Assembly (NCBI GenBank): GCA_035695045.1 | Contig: DASSEX010000081.1 | Span: 9,881-73,880 of the forward strand | DNA length: 64,000 bases | DNA from: Mycobacteriales bacterium | Lineage (GTDB): Bacteria; Actinomycetota; Actinomycetes; JAFAQI01 | Reading direction: 5' to 3' | In this document: piece after piece, positions 1-9,799 of the stretch | Layout of the letters: each line of letters starts with the position of its first letter | How positions within the stretch are numbered: position 1 is the stretch's first letter | Notes under the pieces: model-generated | The model's database searches: none | Told to the model about the DNA's origin: nothing | What the model saw: only the letters and a program-made list of their open reading frames with translations | Position numbers and translations under genes: made by a program

Positions 1-19
1 CGATCAGGATGCGCGTCAT
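1..19 (-). CDS. 5' end (first 6 codons, MTRILI...) of a minus-strand gene running out of the window; product unknown
   Basis: The reverse complement of bases 1-31 reads gacacGAGGAGGatgacgcgcatcctgatcg, a canonical AGGAGG Shine-Dalgarno 5 nt upstream of ATG at 19. The partial CDS is open at the window edge, so it is absent from the ORF track. Confidence 0.3.
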
Positions 20-98
20 CCTCCTCGTGTCGGCTGACGGGACCCCCGATCTGTAGCCGCGCTGCGGCAGGATCAGGTCGGCCCACCCTTCTCGGCGA

Positions 99-1352
99 TC
101 AGCCGAGAAGGGCGCCGAGTGCGGCCTCGAGCTTCGCGGTGGTCTCCGCCACCTCTGCCTCGGGGTCGGACTCCGCGACGATGCCCGCGCCCGCCCACAC
201 CCGGGCCCGGCTGCCGTCGAGCTGGGCACAGCGCAACGCGATCGCGAATTCGCCGTCGCCGCGCGCGTCGACCCAGCCGATCGGACCCGCATAGCGGCCG
301 CGTGGAGCAGACTCGAGCTGACGGATCATCTCGAGTGCTGCCGGCGCAGGAACCCCGCCGACCGCAGCCGTCGGATGCAGTGCAGCTGCCAGCCGGATGG
401 CGGACGGCGGCGGATCAGGCAGCCAGGCCTGCACATGGCTGCCCAGATGGGAGATGTTCGCGAGTCTCACCAGCTGCGGCTCGGCGTCGCAGGCCAGGTC
501 GACGGCGACCGGCGCGAGCACCTCGCGGACGGACTCGAGCGCCAGCCGGTGCTCGTGCCGGTCCTTGACGGATCCGAGGAGCTGACGCTCGAGCTCGGCG
601 TCCTCCTCCGGCGAACTGCCCCGTCGCACCGACCCGGCCAGCACGAGCGACTCGGCCTGTCGGCCGGTTCGGCGGACGAGCAGCTCCGGTGACGCGCCGA
701 CGAGTCCGTCGCAGACATAGGTGAAGCACGACGGGAACCGCTGGGCGAGCCTGGTGGCGATGACTCGCGGGTCGACGTCGCCCGCTGCCGTGACATCGAG
801 CGCGCGGGCGAGCACGACCTTGTCGAGATGACCGGCACGCAGCTCGTCGACTGCCGCTGCGACGGCGTCGGCCCAGGCGGCCTCGGCGGGCAGTCGCGTC
901 GTGACGTGTGCGTCGACCGGCACCGCGGCGGCGGCAGGACGGCGACGGAGCTGCGGCACCGCGACGGTGCCCGGCGGCGTGACCAGCGTCAGCCAGCTGC
1001 GGCCCTCTCGCCGGCCCAGTACCACTTTGGGGACGACGACGACGGAGCCGCTGTCGGCCGGGTCGAAGACCAGACTCGCGATCGCTACCGCCCCGGTGCC
1101 GGGCATCATCACGTCGTCGCGAACCGTCATCGCGCCGAGGAGTGTCTCGACCTCGGCGGCGATCTGGTCGCCGGAGCGAGCACTCCGCGACGTCGGCAGC
1201 CGCGCGGCGACGCCCCAGCCGACGATGCCGTCGTTGCCTCGAAGAAAGGCGAACGCCTCGCCATCCGGCAACCAGGACAGCAGGTCACCGGGATCTTCGA
1301 CCTCGACACTCCAGGCGACCAACTCCTCGACCGGTGCGACTGCCTGGGTCAT
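99..1352 (-). CDS. menF: isochorismate synthase family, chorismate-binding enzyme (MenF/EntC-like)
   Basis: 417 aa. The C-terminal block [21 protein letters not shown]...[28 protein letters not shown] is typical of chorismate-utilising enzymes of the MenF/EntC size class. Confidence 0.65.
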   Translation of the reverse strand: MTQAVAPVEELVAWSVEVEDPGDLLSWLPDGEAFAFLRGNDGIVGWGVAARLPTSRSARSGDQIAAEVETLLGAMTVRDDVMMPGTGAVAIASLVFDPADSGSVVVVPKVVLGRREGRSWLTLVTPPGTVAVPQLRRRPAAAAVPVDAHVTTRLPAEAAWADAVAAAVDELRAGHLDKVVLARALDVTAAGDVDPRVIATRLAQRFPSCFTYVCDGLVGASPELLVRRTGRQAESLVLAGSVRRGSSPEEDAELERQLLGSVKDRHEHRLALESVREVLAPVAVDLACDAEPQLVRLANISHLGSHVQAWLPDPPPSAIRLAAALHPTAAVGGVPAPAALEMIRQLESAPRGRYAGPIGWVDARGDGEFAIALRCAQLDGSRARVWAGAGIVAESDPEAEVAETTAKLEAALGALLG

Positions 1353-1870
1353 GAGGATCGTCCCGTTGGGCGGCCATCGGCCCTTCTACCCTGCAGCTCG
1401 GCGTTCTTGCCGTGCGCCAGCTGGCGCAGCTGCTCCTGGAACGTCGTCATGCGGGCCAGCAGGTCCCCGTCGGCGCTGGCGAGGATGCGCACGGCGAGCA
1501 GCCCGGCGTTGCGCGCGCCGCCGATCGACACGGTGGCGACGGGAACACCTGAGGGCATCTGCACGATCGACAGCAACGAGTCGAGACCGTCCAGCCGCTG
1601 GAGCGGGACCGGGACACCGATGACCGGCAGAGGTGTCACGGACGCCAGCATTCCCGGCAGGTGGGCGGCCCCACCGGCGCCGGCGATGATGATCCGCAAC
1701 CCGCGATCGGCCGCGGTGGCGCCGTACTCGAGCATCTCGCGCGGCATCCGGTGCGCAGAGACGACCCGCAGCTCGTGCGGGACGCCGAACTCCTCGAGCG
1801 TCTCCGCGGCTGCCTCCATCGTGGGCCAGTCGGAGTCACTGCCCATGACGATGCCGACGACCGCGCTCAT
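1349..1870 (-). CDS. purE: N5-carboxyaminoimidazole ribonucleotide mutase
   Basis: 173 aa. Contains [12 protein letters not shown]...[14 protein letters not shown], a classic PurE signature. Its stop overlaps the menF start (ATGA-type coupling). Confidence 0.95.
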   Translation of the reverse strand: MSAVVGIVMGSDSDWPTMEAAAETLEEFGVPHELRVVSAHRMPREMLEYGATAADRGLRIIIAGAGGAAHLPGMLASVTPLPVIGVPVPLQRLDGLDSLLSIVQMPSGVPVATVSIGGARNAGLLAVRILASADGDLLARMTTFQEQLRQLAHGKNAELQGRRADGRPTGRSS

Positions 1871-2991
1871 GCATCGCCCCGCAGCAGCTCGACAGCCCGG
1901 CGGGCGCGCTCGCGCGTCTCGACGACGTCGTCGCCCAGCACTGTTACGTGCCCGAGCTTGCGGCCGGGACGGGGGGCCTTGCCATAGAGATGCACGGCGG
2001 CGTCGGGCACCTCGCCGAGCGCGCGCGGCAGGGTTCGGGCGAAGTCGGTGGTCGGCCCACCGAGCAGGTTGACCATGACCGTGACCGGCGCGCGCGGAGC
2101 CGTGTCACCGAGCGGCCAGTCGAGAACGGCTCGCAGGTGCTGCTCGAACTGGCTGGTCGTCGCACCCTCGATCGACCAGTGCCCGGAGTTGTGCGGTCGC
2201 ATCGCCAGCTCGTTGATGAGCAGCCCACCCGGCGCCTCGAAGAGCTCGACCGCCAGCAGGCCGACCACACCGAGGGCTTCGGCGAGCGACGTGGCGATTC
2301 GATCGGCTTCCGCTGCAAGTCCCGGGCTCAGCCGCGGCGCCGGCGCAATCACCTCGTGGCAGATGCCGTCGCGCTGGACGGTCTCGACCACCGGCCAGGT
2401 GCGCATCTCGCCGCTGGGACGCCGAGCGACCTGCACGGCGAGCTCGTGCACGATCGGCACCCGCTGCTCGACGTAGACGTTCGGACCGGGCAGCTCGGCG
2501 GGCGGCCCTGGCAAATGCCAGACGCCGCGACCGTCGTAACCCCCGCGGACGGCCTTGAGCACGACCGGCCAGCCATGGTCCTCGGCGAAGACGGCGACGT
2601 CGGGGATGTCATGCACCGAGGCAAAGCCCGGCACCGGGAAGCCCAGAGCACTCAGGCGCTCGCGCATGTAGAGCTTGTCCTGGGCGTGCGCCAACGCGTC
2701 GGCACCCGGTCGCACGACCACGCCGTCCGACTCGAGGGCCCGCAGATGTGCGGTGGGCACATGCTCGTGGTCGAACGTGACGACGTCACACGCCTTGGCG
2801 AAGGAGCGCAACGCGTCGAGGTCGTCCGGTGCTCCGAGGTCGACGTCATGGGCGACCAGCGCCGCGGAGTCGTCGGGGTTCTCCGCCAGCACCCGCAGCG
2901 AGAGACCGAGTGCGATGGCCGCCTGGTGCGTCATCCGCGCGAGCTGACCGCCCCCGACCATGCCCACGGCGGGGACGTCGGCGCGTGTCAC
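1867..2991 (-). CDS. purK: N5-carboxyaminoimidazole ribonucleotide synthase (ATP-grasp)
   Basis: 374 aa ATP-grasp protein; sequence resembles PurK. It lies immediately upstream of purE with a 4-nt overlap. Confidence 0.95.
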   Translation of the reverse strand: MTRADVPAVGMVGGGQLARMTHQAAIALGLSLRVLAENPDDSAALVAHDVDLGAPDDLDALRSFAKACDVVTFDHEHVPTAHLRALESDGVVVRPGADALAHAQDKLYMRERLSALGFPVPGFASVHDIPDVAVFAEDHGWPVVLKAVRGGYDGRGVWHLPGPPAELPGPNVYVEQRVPIVHELAVQVARRPSGEMRTWPVVETVQRDGICHEVIAPAPRLSPGLAAEADRIATSLAEALGVVGLLAVELFEAPGGLLINELAMRPHNSGHWSIEGATTSQFEQHLRAVLDWPLGDTAPRAPVTVMVNLLGGPTTDFARTLPRALGEVPDAAVHLYGKAPRPGRKLGHVTVLGDDVVETRERARRAVELLRGDA

Positions 2992-3013
2992 CCGACCATT
3001 CTCGCAGGCGAGG

Positions 3014-4045
3014 CTAGGTCCGCCGCTTCCTGACCCGGCGCACCCAACGCGACGCAGTCCGACGCACGCGCAGCGCGAGAGACGGGGTCGCAGCGGGGAG
3101 CGCCGCCTCAGGGGCTGCCTCGACCGACTCGCGGGCCTCCCGAGCGGCCGTCTTGATGGATGACTGGGCGAGCGCCTCCGCGTGACCGTAGGTTGCGACG
3201 TAGTGCTGCCGAAGGTCGTCGAGCGCGCTTCTCCGGTCAGCCGTGTCGCCGGCCTCCTGGGTCAGGCCCAGCAGCTCCTGCCAGGTGGCCTCGGCCAGGT
3301 CGCGCAACCACGCCGGCACGTCGACGGCGTCCCAGCCCGCGGGCGCCCGACGCAGCGAGGGGTCGACGAGGTCATCCACCTCGGCCTGCGCATCCGGGCC
3401 CGCCGCCGCCAGCAGGTCGACGTTCAGCGACTGCTCGGCCGTCTTGAGCGCACCGCGCCAGTCGCGCAGTACGTCGTCGTACAGGATGTAGGCGCGGCGG
3501 GCGCCGCGGGTCTGGTACTCGGCGTGCAACATCATGTTCAGCCACCAGCCGAGCCGGGTGGCATCGCTGTGCTTGTCGCGGTCAGTAGTGCGGACGCTCG
3601 ACATCACCTCCGTCGGATGACGAAGGGGCGTCACGAGCAACGGCTGCACACCCAGCTCGCCCATGCACGTCAGCCACATCGGAAGAAACCATGCCGTGCG
3701 CGGATCCTTGACGACGACACGGTCCGCCTCGTCGAACTGCCACCCTGTCCAGGTCCGGCAGTAGCCGAGCTCGACCGGCTCGTCGAGGACACGGGCCGCG
3801 GCCGACCAGGCGGCCGGTCGGGCATCCAACAGGTCAACGCCGTACCTGAGCATCAGCTTCGCGTGGAAGTTGACCACCCAGCGAGGCTCACCGAAGCCAC
3901 GCGGATTGGTCTTGTTCGCCTCGACCTCGGGCTGCGGGACGTAGAAGCCGAGCCGATTGAACACGCCGGCCGTCAGGCTGGTGCCGCTTCGTCCGGCTCC
4001 GATCACGAGCACGAGCTCGCGTGGATCCTCCTCCGCAGCCGTCAT
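3014..4045 (-). CDS. sulfotransferase family protein (PAPS-dependent, P-loop)
   Basis: 343 aa. N-terminal LVLVIGAGRSGTSL 5'-PSB loop, and a fold resembling the actinobacterial Stf-type sulfotransferases. Confidence 0.8.
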   Translation of the reverse strand: MTAAEEDPRELVLVIGAGRSGTSLTAGVFNRLGFYVPQPEVEANKTNPRGFGEPRWVVNFHAKLMLRYGVDLLDARPAAWSAAARVLDEPVELGYCRTWTGWQFDEADRVVVKDPRTAWFLPMWLTCMGELGVQPLLVTPLRHPTEVMSSVRTTDRDKHSDATRLGWWLNMMLHAEYQTRGARRAYILYDDVLRDWRGALKTAEQSLNVDLLAAAGPDAQAEVDDLVDPSLRRAPAGWDAVDVPAWLRDLAEATWQELLGLTQEAGDTADRRSALDDLRQHYVATYGHAEALAQSSIKTAAREARESVEAAPEAALPAATPSLALRVRRTASRWVRRVRKRRT

Positions 4046-4081
4046 CGCGCGGTGATCATAGTCGAGGCGGCGAGCGCCTCG

Positions 4082-5239
4082 TCAGCTGACCGGAAGGCCG
4101 AGCTGACGGGCGATCAGCAGCCGCTGCACCTCGCTCGTGCCTTCACCGATCTCCAGGATCTTCGCGTCGCGCCAGTGACGTGCGACGGGGAACTCGTCCA
4201 TGAAGCCGTAGCCGCCGAAGACCTGCGTGGCGTCGCGCGCGTTGTCGACGGCGATCGTCGAGGAGTAGAGCTTGGCGATGGCGGCTTCACGCTTGAACGG
4301 CTGACCGCCGGCCATGCGGGCCGCGGCGTCGTAGTAGGCGAGTCGAGCGACGTGAGTCCGCATGTCCATGTCGGCGATCCGGAACGCCACCGCCTGGTTC
4401 TGACCGATCGGCCGCCCGAAGGCCTCGCGCTCCTTGGCGTACTTCACCGACTCATCCACGCAGGCCTGGGCAAGACCGACGGCCAGTGCGCTGATGGCGA
4501 TGCGACCCTCGTCGAGGGTGGACAGGAACTGCGCGTAGCCGCGACCGCGCTCACCCAGGACGTGGTCCGCCGGAACCTGGCAGTCCTGGAAGGCGAGCTC
4601 ACGGGTGTCAGAGGCATGCCAACCGACCTTGCGGTAGCTCTTCGATGCCGAGAAGCCCTCGCGCGGCACCGGCACCATCACGCTTGTGAGCTCGGGGCGT
4701 CCGTCCGGCCGCTCGCCGGTGCGGCACAGCACCGTCACGAGACGAGTGATGTCCGTGCCCGAGTTGGTGATGAACGCCTTCGTGCCGTTGATGACCCAGC
4801 TGTCGTCGACCAGGACGGCGCGCGTCGTCGGGTTGCCGGCGTCAGACCCGCCTCCCGGCTCGGTCAGCCCGAAGGCGGCCAGCGCCTCTCCTCGGCAGAG
4901 CGCGGGGAGCCACTCCTTCTTCTGCTCCTCCGTCCCGAAGGTGTAGATGGGCATTGACCCGAGCCCGACCGCGGCTTCCAGGGTGATGGCCACGGACGAG
5001 TCGGCCCGGGCGAGCTCCTCGATGGCAAGACAGAGCGCGAAGAAGTCGCCGCCCATGCCGCCGTACTGCTCCGGGAACGGAAGGCCGAACAGGCCCATCT
5101 CGCCCATCTGACGGATGACGTCGTACGGAAACCGGTGCTCGCGGTCGGCTGACTCGGCTTGCGGAGCGACCACGTCGCGGGCGAACTTCCCGACTACGGA
5201 CCGCAGCGCTTCATGCTCGTCGTCGAGCCGAAAATCCAT
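4082..5239 (-). CDS. acyl-CoA dehydrogenase (short/branched-chain, isovaleryl-CoA DH-like)
   Basis: 386 aa from the internal ATG (MDFRLDDEHEAL...). The ACAD fold runs from the N-terminal helix domain to a C-terminal ...RQLGLPVS. The ORF-track N-terminal extension from 5371 is discounted. Confidence 0.85.
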   Translation of the reverse strand: MDFRLDDEHEALRSVVGKFARDVVAPQAESADREHRFPYDVIRQMGEMGLFGLPFPEQYGGMGGDFFALCLAIEELARADSSVAITLEAAVGLGSMPIYTFGTEEQKKEWLPALCRGEALAAFGLTEPGGGSDAGNPTTRAVLVDDSWVINGTKAFITNSGTDITRLVTVLCRTGERPDGRPELTSVMVPVPREGFSASKSYRKVGWHASDTRELAFQDCQVPADHVLGERGRGYAQFLSTLDEGRIAISALAVGLAQACVDESVKYAKEREAFGRPIGQNQAVAFRIADMDMRTHVARLAYYDAAARMAGGQPFKREAAIAKLYSSTIAVDNARDATQVFGGYGFMDEFPVARHWRDAKILEIGEGTSEVQRLLIARQLGLPVS

Positions 5240-5306
5240 GACGTGATCGTGCCACGTGCACGCGCAGGCGGGCTGAGCGACTGTCGCTCCGCGATAGCAT
5301 CGAGCG

Positions 5307-8132
5307 GTGCCGACGCCGAGCGAGAGTTCGACCGTCGGCGGGCTCAGACCGGACGTCAGCGTCGTCGTCATCGCCTACAACGACGCTGCACGACTGCCCG
5401 AAGCCGTGGCGTCCGTCCTCGACCAGACCTTGCGTGCGCTCGAGGTCATCGTGGTCGACGACGCGTCGACGGACGGCACCTGGGACGTCGCGCAAGCATT
5501 GGCCGAAGCGCATCCCGACCGCGTGCGCGCGATCAGGTTGCCGGAGAACTCCGGCGGCTGCTCCCGACCCCGCAACACGGGGATCGATGCCGCGCAAGGC
5601 GACTACGTCATGTTTCTCGACAGTGACGACAGTCTCGAGCGGCACGCCGCGAAGAACCTGCTGCTGACCGCGGAGCGGACGGGTGCAGACCTCGTCTCCG
5701 GCCTGTGCGTTCGGGTCAACGTGACGAACGAGAACAAGCGAACCAGGTGGTACGCGCGGCTGTATGCCGAGCACGCGACCTACGACAGCATCCGGGACGC
5801 GCCCGAGCTTCTGTTCGACACGCTGTCGACCAACAAGCTCTACCGACGCGAGTTCCTCGACCGCAACGGCATCCGGTTTCCGGACGGTCTCCATTACGAG
5901 GACCTGCTGTTCAGCACCGAGGCCTATTGCACGGCGCAGCCGATCGCCATCCTGCCCGTCGAGGTCTACCGGTGGCACGTCGTCGAGGACGCCGCGACCG
6001 CGTCGATCAGCAACCGGCGCAACAACATCGCCAACTTTCGTGACCGGCTGCAGATTCACCAGCGGATCGATGCCTACCTGGTCGCGCGCGGATTCGACGA
6101 CCTGCGACCGATCAAGGACCGGAAGTTCATCCTGCAGGACCTCAAGCTCTACCTGACCGACCTGGCACGGCGCGACGCGACGTACCAAGAAGCCTGGTTG
6201 AACATGGCCGCCGACTACCTCGAAACGGTCTCCGACGAAGCGGTCGTGAGCGCCGGCCCGCTGGCGGCGGCCACCGCGTACCTCGTCCGCCGGCGGGACC
6301 TCGACGAGACTCTGCACGCTGCCGAACTGTGGATCCACGGGCGCCTGTCCGGCGGCCTGTGCCTCGACAGCGGCCGCGCCTACCTCACCGGGCGCTACCT
6401 CGAGGACGACCTCGGCCGGGAGCTGTTGGACGTCACCGCTCTGCACCTGCACGATGCACCGTTCAGCCGTCGCAACATGCGCAACCGCCTGGTGTCGATC
6501 GCCGGTGACCGGACCGCCGAGCTGCGGGGCGAGATCAACGACCCCCTCCGTGCCATCGACGCAGACGACGAGCTGTCCGCGACGCTCGAGCTGCGGACGG
6601 CCGACGGCAGGCATCGGGTCGACATCGCCCGCCCGCAGGTCGAGCTGACGGCCCAAGGCACCCTGACCTGGCGGGCTTCACTCGCGGCACGCCGGCGACC
6701 GCCGCGGATGCCGCCGAACGTGAAGTCGTGGGGACTGTGGATGACCCTGCACCACGGCGACAGCGTCAACGTCTCCCAGGTCATCTCGACGACGGACGTG
6801 ACCGCCGGACGCAGACTCCCGTGGAAAAGGTCCCCGTGGACGGGCCAGAGCCTGCTCTGGGTCGAGCGAGGTCCTGGCGACGGAGTGTGGCTCCGGGTCG
6901 AACGTGCCTCGAAGGCCTGGCGCCTGGCTGACCGGGTGTGGTCTCGCGTGCGCCGCTCCGGTGTGTACGGCGACCTTCGACGGCTGTTCTTGTCGGCGCG
7001 CAGCCGTGGCCTCAAGTCGCTCGTCTATCGATCGGTACTCGTCCGGCTCCCTGTCCGTCGCGGAACTGCCGTGTTCGAGAGCCAGCTCGGTCGCGTGTAC
7101 GCCGACAACCCGAAGTACGTCTACCGGGCGTTGCGATCCGCCGGCGACAACCGCCGGGTCGTGTGGTCGTACACCGAGAGCACTTCTGGATGGCCGCAGG
7201 ACGCGGTGCTGGTGAAGCGAGCGAGCTGGCGGTACTTCTACGAGCTCGCCCGCGCAGAGCTGTGGGTCGACAACCAAGGGTTCCCGCCAGGAGCGCCGAA
7301 GCGGCGCGGCACCAAGTACCTCCAGACGTGGCACGGGTCGCCGTACAAGGCCATGGGCTTCGACCAGCCACAGCTGCAGTTCGGTCCGGCGGACAAGCGC
7401 GCGGAGTTCGCCGCCGGCGTCGGTCGATGGACGCACTTCTGCGTGCAGAGCCCGTTCGCGGACGACACGTTCCGTCGGGCGTTCCGGCACTCGGCCAAGT
7501 CCCTGCCCAGTGGGTACCCGCGCAACGACCCGCTGCTGCGGTACGACGCGGCGGCCGTCAAGGACCTTCGCGCCCAGCTGGAACTTCCGGACGACCGGCA
7601 GATCGTGCTCTACGCACCGACGTTCCGCGACTCCGATCGGGTCACACGCACGCGGTCGGGTCTGCGGTTGAACCTCGCACGGCTGAGCGAGCTGGTCGGG
7701 GACCGCTGCTACTTGCTCGTCCGCGCGCACTACCTCGACCGGGGCAGCGTCCCGACGCGCTACTCGAGCTTCGCGCGCGACGTCTCGGACTATCCGGACA
7801 CGACCGAGCTGTTGCTGCTGGCAGACGGCCTGATCACGGACTACTCGTCGGTGATGTTCGACTACGCCCTCCTGCGCCGGCCGATGCTCTTCTACGCCTA
7901 CGACCTAGAGCTCTACAACCAGACCCGTGGCTCCTATTTCGACCTCGAAACCGAGGCGCCGGGCCCCGTCGTCAAGACCGAGGACGGGGTCGCCGAATGG
8001 CTGAGCGACTTCCGTACGCCGCACCTCGCATACGCGGAACGCCTCGAGCGGTTCGTCGACAAGTTCTGCACCTACGAGACGGGCCACGCGTCGGAAGATG
8101 TCGTGCGCGAGTTCTTCGGCGTCGGCACATGA
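5307..8132 (+). CDS. bifunctional glycosyltransferase family 2 / CDP-glycerol:poly(glycerophosphate) glycerophosphotransferase (TagF/TagB-like) fusion
   Basis: 941 aa. N-terminal GT2 signatures VSVVVIAYND...[11 protein letters not shown]...FLDSDD (DXD). C-terminal Glyphos_transf motifs YLQTWHGSPYKAMGFD and ITDYSSVMFDY. Confidence 0.85.
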   Translation: MPTPSESSTVGGLRPDVSVVVIAYNDAARLPEAVASVLDQTLRALEVIVVDDASTDGTWDVAQALAEAHPDRVRAIRLPENSGGCSRPRNTGIDAAQGDYVMFLDSDDSLERHAAKNLLLTAERTGADLVSGLCVRVNVTNENKRTRWYARLYAEHATYDSIRDAPELLFDTLSTNKLYRREFLDRNGIRFPDGLHYEDLLFSTEAYCTAQPIAILPVEVYRWHVVEDAATASISNRRNNIANFRDRLQIHQRIDAYLVARGFDDLRPIKDRKFILQDLKLYLTDLARRDATYQEAWLNMAADYLETVSDEAVVSAGPLAAATAYLVRRRDLDETLHAAELWIHGRLSGGLCLDSGRAYLTGRYLEDDLGRELLDVTALHLHDAPFSRRNMRNRLVSIAGDRTAELRGEINDPLRAIDADDELSATLELRTADGRHRVDIARPQVELTAQGTLTWRASLAARRRPPRMPPNVKSWGLWMTLHHGDSVNVSQVISTTDVTAGRRLPWKRSPWTGQSLLWVERGPGDGVWLRVERASKAWRLADRVWSRVRRSGVYGDLRRLFLSARSRGLKSLVYRSVLVRLPVRRGTAVFESQLGRVYADNPKYVYRALRSAGDNRRVVWSYTESTSGWPQDAVLVKRASWRYFYELARAELWVDNQGFPPGAPKRRGTKYLQTWHGSPYKAMGFDQPQLQFGPADKRAEFAAGVGRWTHFCVQSPFADDTFRRAFRHSAKSLPSGYPRNDPLLRYDAAAVKDLRAQLELPDDRQIVLYAPTFRDSDRVTRTRSGLRLNLARLSELVGDRCYLLVRAHYLDRGSVPTRYSSFARDVSDYPDTTELLLLADGLITDYSSVMFDYALLRRPMLFYAYDLELYNQTRGSYFDLETEAPGPVVKTEDGVAEWLSDFRTPHLAYAERLERFVDKFCTYETGHASEDVVREFFGVGT

Positions 8133-9328
8133 CCGCAGCTGCCGAAGAACGGTCGGCGCCAGAGTCGCGTCACCGGCGCAACATCTTCATCGTCGCCAAC
8201 AACATCGAGGAAGTCGGCGGGCTGCAACGCGTCGTGCACACGCTCGCCGAAGGCTTTGCCGAACGAGGGCACGCCGTCGAGCTGATCGGCATCTCCCCCG
8301 GCCCGCCCGGAGCGCGCATCGAGCCCGGGCGCGGTTACCAGACCATGACGCTCGGGCCCGCGGAGCCCGCTGAGTGGGTGCCCCGCGGGATACGCGCAAA
8401 GCTCCGGCCGGTCAAACAGGCGAAGGAACGCTTCCGCCGACGCGTCCATGCGCGAAACGTCGGTCGGTTGCAGGCACGGTTCGACCGCGTCGAAGACGGA
8501 GTCGTCATCGTCGGTCAGATCTGGGCGATGCAGTGGGTCGCCGACGCAGACACCCGACACCTGCGCGTCATCGGGATGAGCCACGAGTCCTACGAGGCCT
8601 CCCGCGGGCTGCTGCCCACGGCCATCGGGTCGACGCGATATCGGCGGATCATGCAGCTCTACCCGCCGATCGACGCCGTCCTGCTGCTCACGGAAGTGGA
8701 TGCGCGCAAGTTCGAACAACGCGGGCTGTGCAACGTCCAGGTGATGCACAACCCCCTTCCTCAGTGGCCCGACCAGGTGTCACCTCTCACCGACAAGCGG
8801 GTGGTCGCCATCGGCCGGCTCGAGCCGGAGAAGCGATACGACCGTCTGCTGGACGCATGGAAGATTGTCGCCACACGCCACCCCGGCTGGCGACTGGACA
8901 TTTACGGCGCCGGTAGCCTCGCCATGTCACTGCATGACCAGATCGAAGAGGCCGGACTCGTGGACAGCGCAGTGTTGCAAGGACCCACCAAGGATCCGTT
9001 CAGCGTTCTTCAGCGCGCTTCGGTCCTCGCGTTGTCCTCGGAGCAGGAAGGACTGCCGCTCGTGCTGGCGGAAGCCATGGCAACCGGCGTTCCCTGCGTG
9101 GCATTCGACTGCGTGCCAGGGATCCGCGAAATCATCCGCGACGGCGAGGACGGCCTGGTCGTGCGCAACAGGGACGTCGACGCCCTCGCGGACGGGATCT
9201 GCCGACTTATCGAGGACGAGCAGCTGCGCCGGTCCTTCGGATCACGCGGGCGGCACAACATCGAGCGTTTCCGCCTGGACCGGATCCTCGACCGGTGGGA
9301 GCAGCTTTTCGAGCAGGTGGACCGATGA
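8129..9328 (+). CDS. glycosyltransferase family 4 (GT-B, retaining)
   Basis: 399 aa from the ATG overlapping the upstream stop (ATGA). Contains the GT4 EX7E region EQEGLPLVLAEAMATGVPCVAFD. The long upstream extension given in the ORF track (6938..) is shadow reading. Confidence 0.85.
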   Translation: MTAAAEERSAPESRHRRNIFIVANNIEEVGGLQRVVHTLAEGFAERGHAVELIGISPGPPGARIEPGRGYQTMTLGPAEPAEWVPRGIRAKLRPVKQAKERFRRRVHARNVGRLQARFDRVEDGVVIVGQIWAMQWVADADTRHLRVIGMSHESYEASRGLLPTAIGSTRYRRIMQLYPPIDAVLLLTEVDARKFEQRGLCNVQVMHNPLPQWPDQVSPLTDKRVVAIGRLEPEKRYDRLLDAWKIVATRHPGWRLDIYGAGSLAMSLHDQIEEAGLVDSAVLQGPTKDPFSVLQRASVLALSSEQEGLPLVLAEAMATGVPCVAFDCVPGIREIIRDGEDGLVVRNRDVDALADGICRLIEDEQLRRSFGSRGRHNIERFRLDRILDRWEQLFEQVDR

Positions 9329-9789
9329 ACCGCCTGCAGCAGATCTGGCACGAGATCGCCAAGTTCGGGCTCGTCGGTGCGGTCAACTACGTGCTCGACG
9401 TCTCCTTGTTCAACGCGCTGATCGTCGGCCCGCTGCACGACCGCCCGCTCACGTCCAAGGCGATCTCCACCGTGGTCGCGGCGACCTCGTCGTACTTCAT
9501 GAACCGCCACTGGACCTGGCGCAACAGGGCGAGGACCGGTCTTGGCCGGGAGTACGGCCTGTTCATCGTGCTCAGCGCCGTCGGGCTGGCCATCACCCTG
9601 GGATGTCTCGGGTTCGGCGAGTACGTGCTCAACCAACACTCGTGGCTCGCCCGCAACGTGTGGGGCAACGTCGTCGGCGTCGGCCTCGGCATGGTGTGGC
9701 GCTTCTGGTCGTTCAAGCGATGGGTGTTCCTGCCGGCCGGTCCGGCCGCCGACGCGGACGACGACGCGGCTCATGCGGCGCTCGTCTGA
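9325..9789 (+). CDS. GtrA family protein (polysaccharide-synthesis associated small membrane protein)
   Basis: 154 aa with 4 predicted TM helices. The N-terminal KFGLVGAVNYVLDVSLFNAL is GtrA-like. Its ATG overlaps the GT4 stop (ATGA). Confidence 0.8.
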   Translation: MNRLQQIWHEIAKFGLVGAVNYVLDVSLFNALIVGPLHDRPLTSKAISTVVAATSSYFMNRHWTWRNRARTGLGREYGLFIVLSAVGLAITLGCLGFGEYVLNQHSWLARNVWGNVVGVGLGMVWRFWSFKRWVFLPAGPAADADDDAAHAALV

Positions 9790-9799
9790 CGACGGAAGA

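Noticed and set aside
3182-4957. 591-aa plus-strand ORF opposite the sulfotransferase and ACAD genes
   Set aside because: It is an antisense shadow ORF typical of 70% GC DNA. The composition is Arg/Ala/Gly/Pro-rich with no motifs, and the opposite strand carries two well-supported genes.
5211-6656. 481-aa minus-strand ORF inside the first GT2/TagF-like fusion gene
   Set aside because: Same shadow-ORF reasoning. It has no domain signature and overlaps a strongly supported gene.
6938-8128. Upstream 400-aa extension of the GT4 ORF (ORF track 6938..9328)
   Set aside because: The extension is Arg/Pro-rich with low complexity and lies in a different frame of the fusion gene. The GT4 domain begins at the ATG at 8129, which overlaps the upstream stop.
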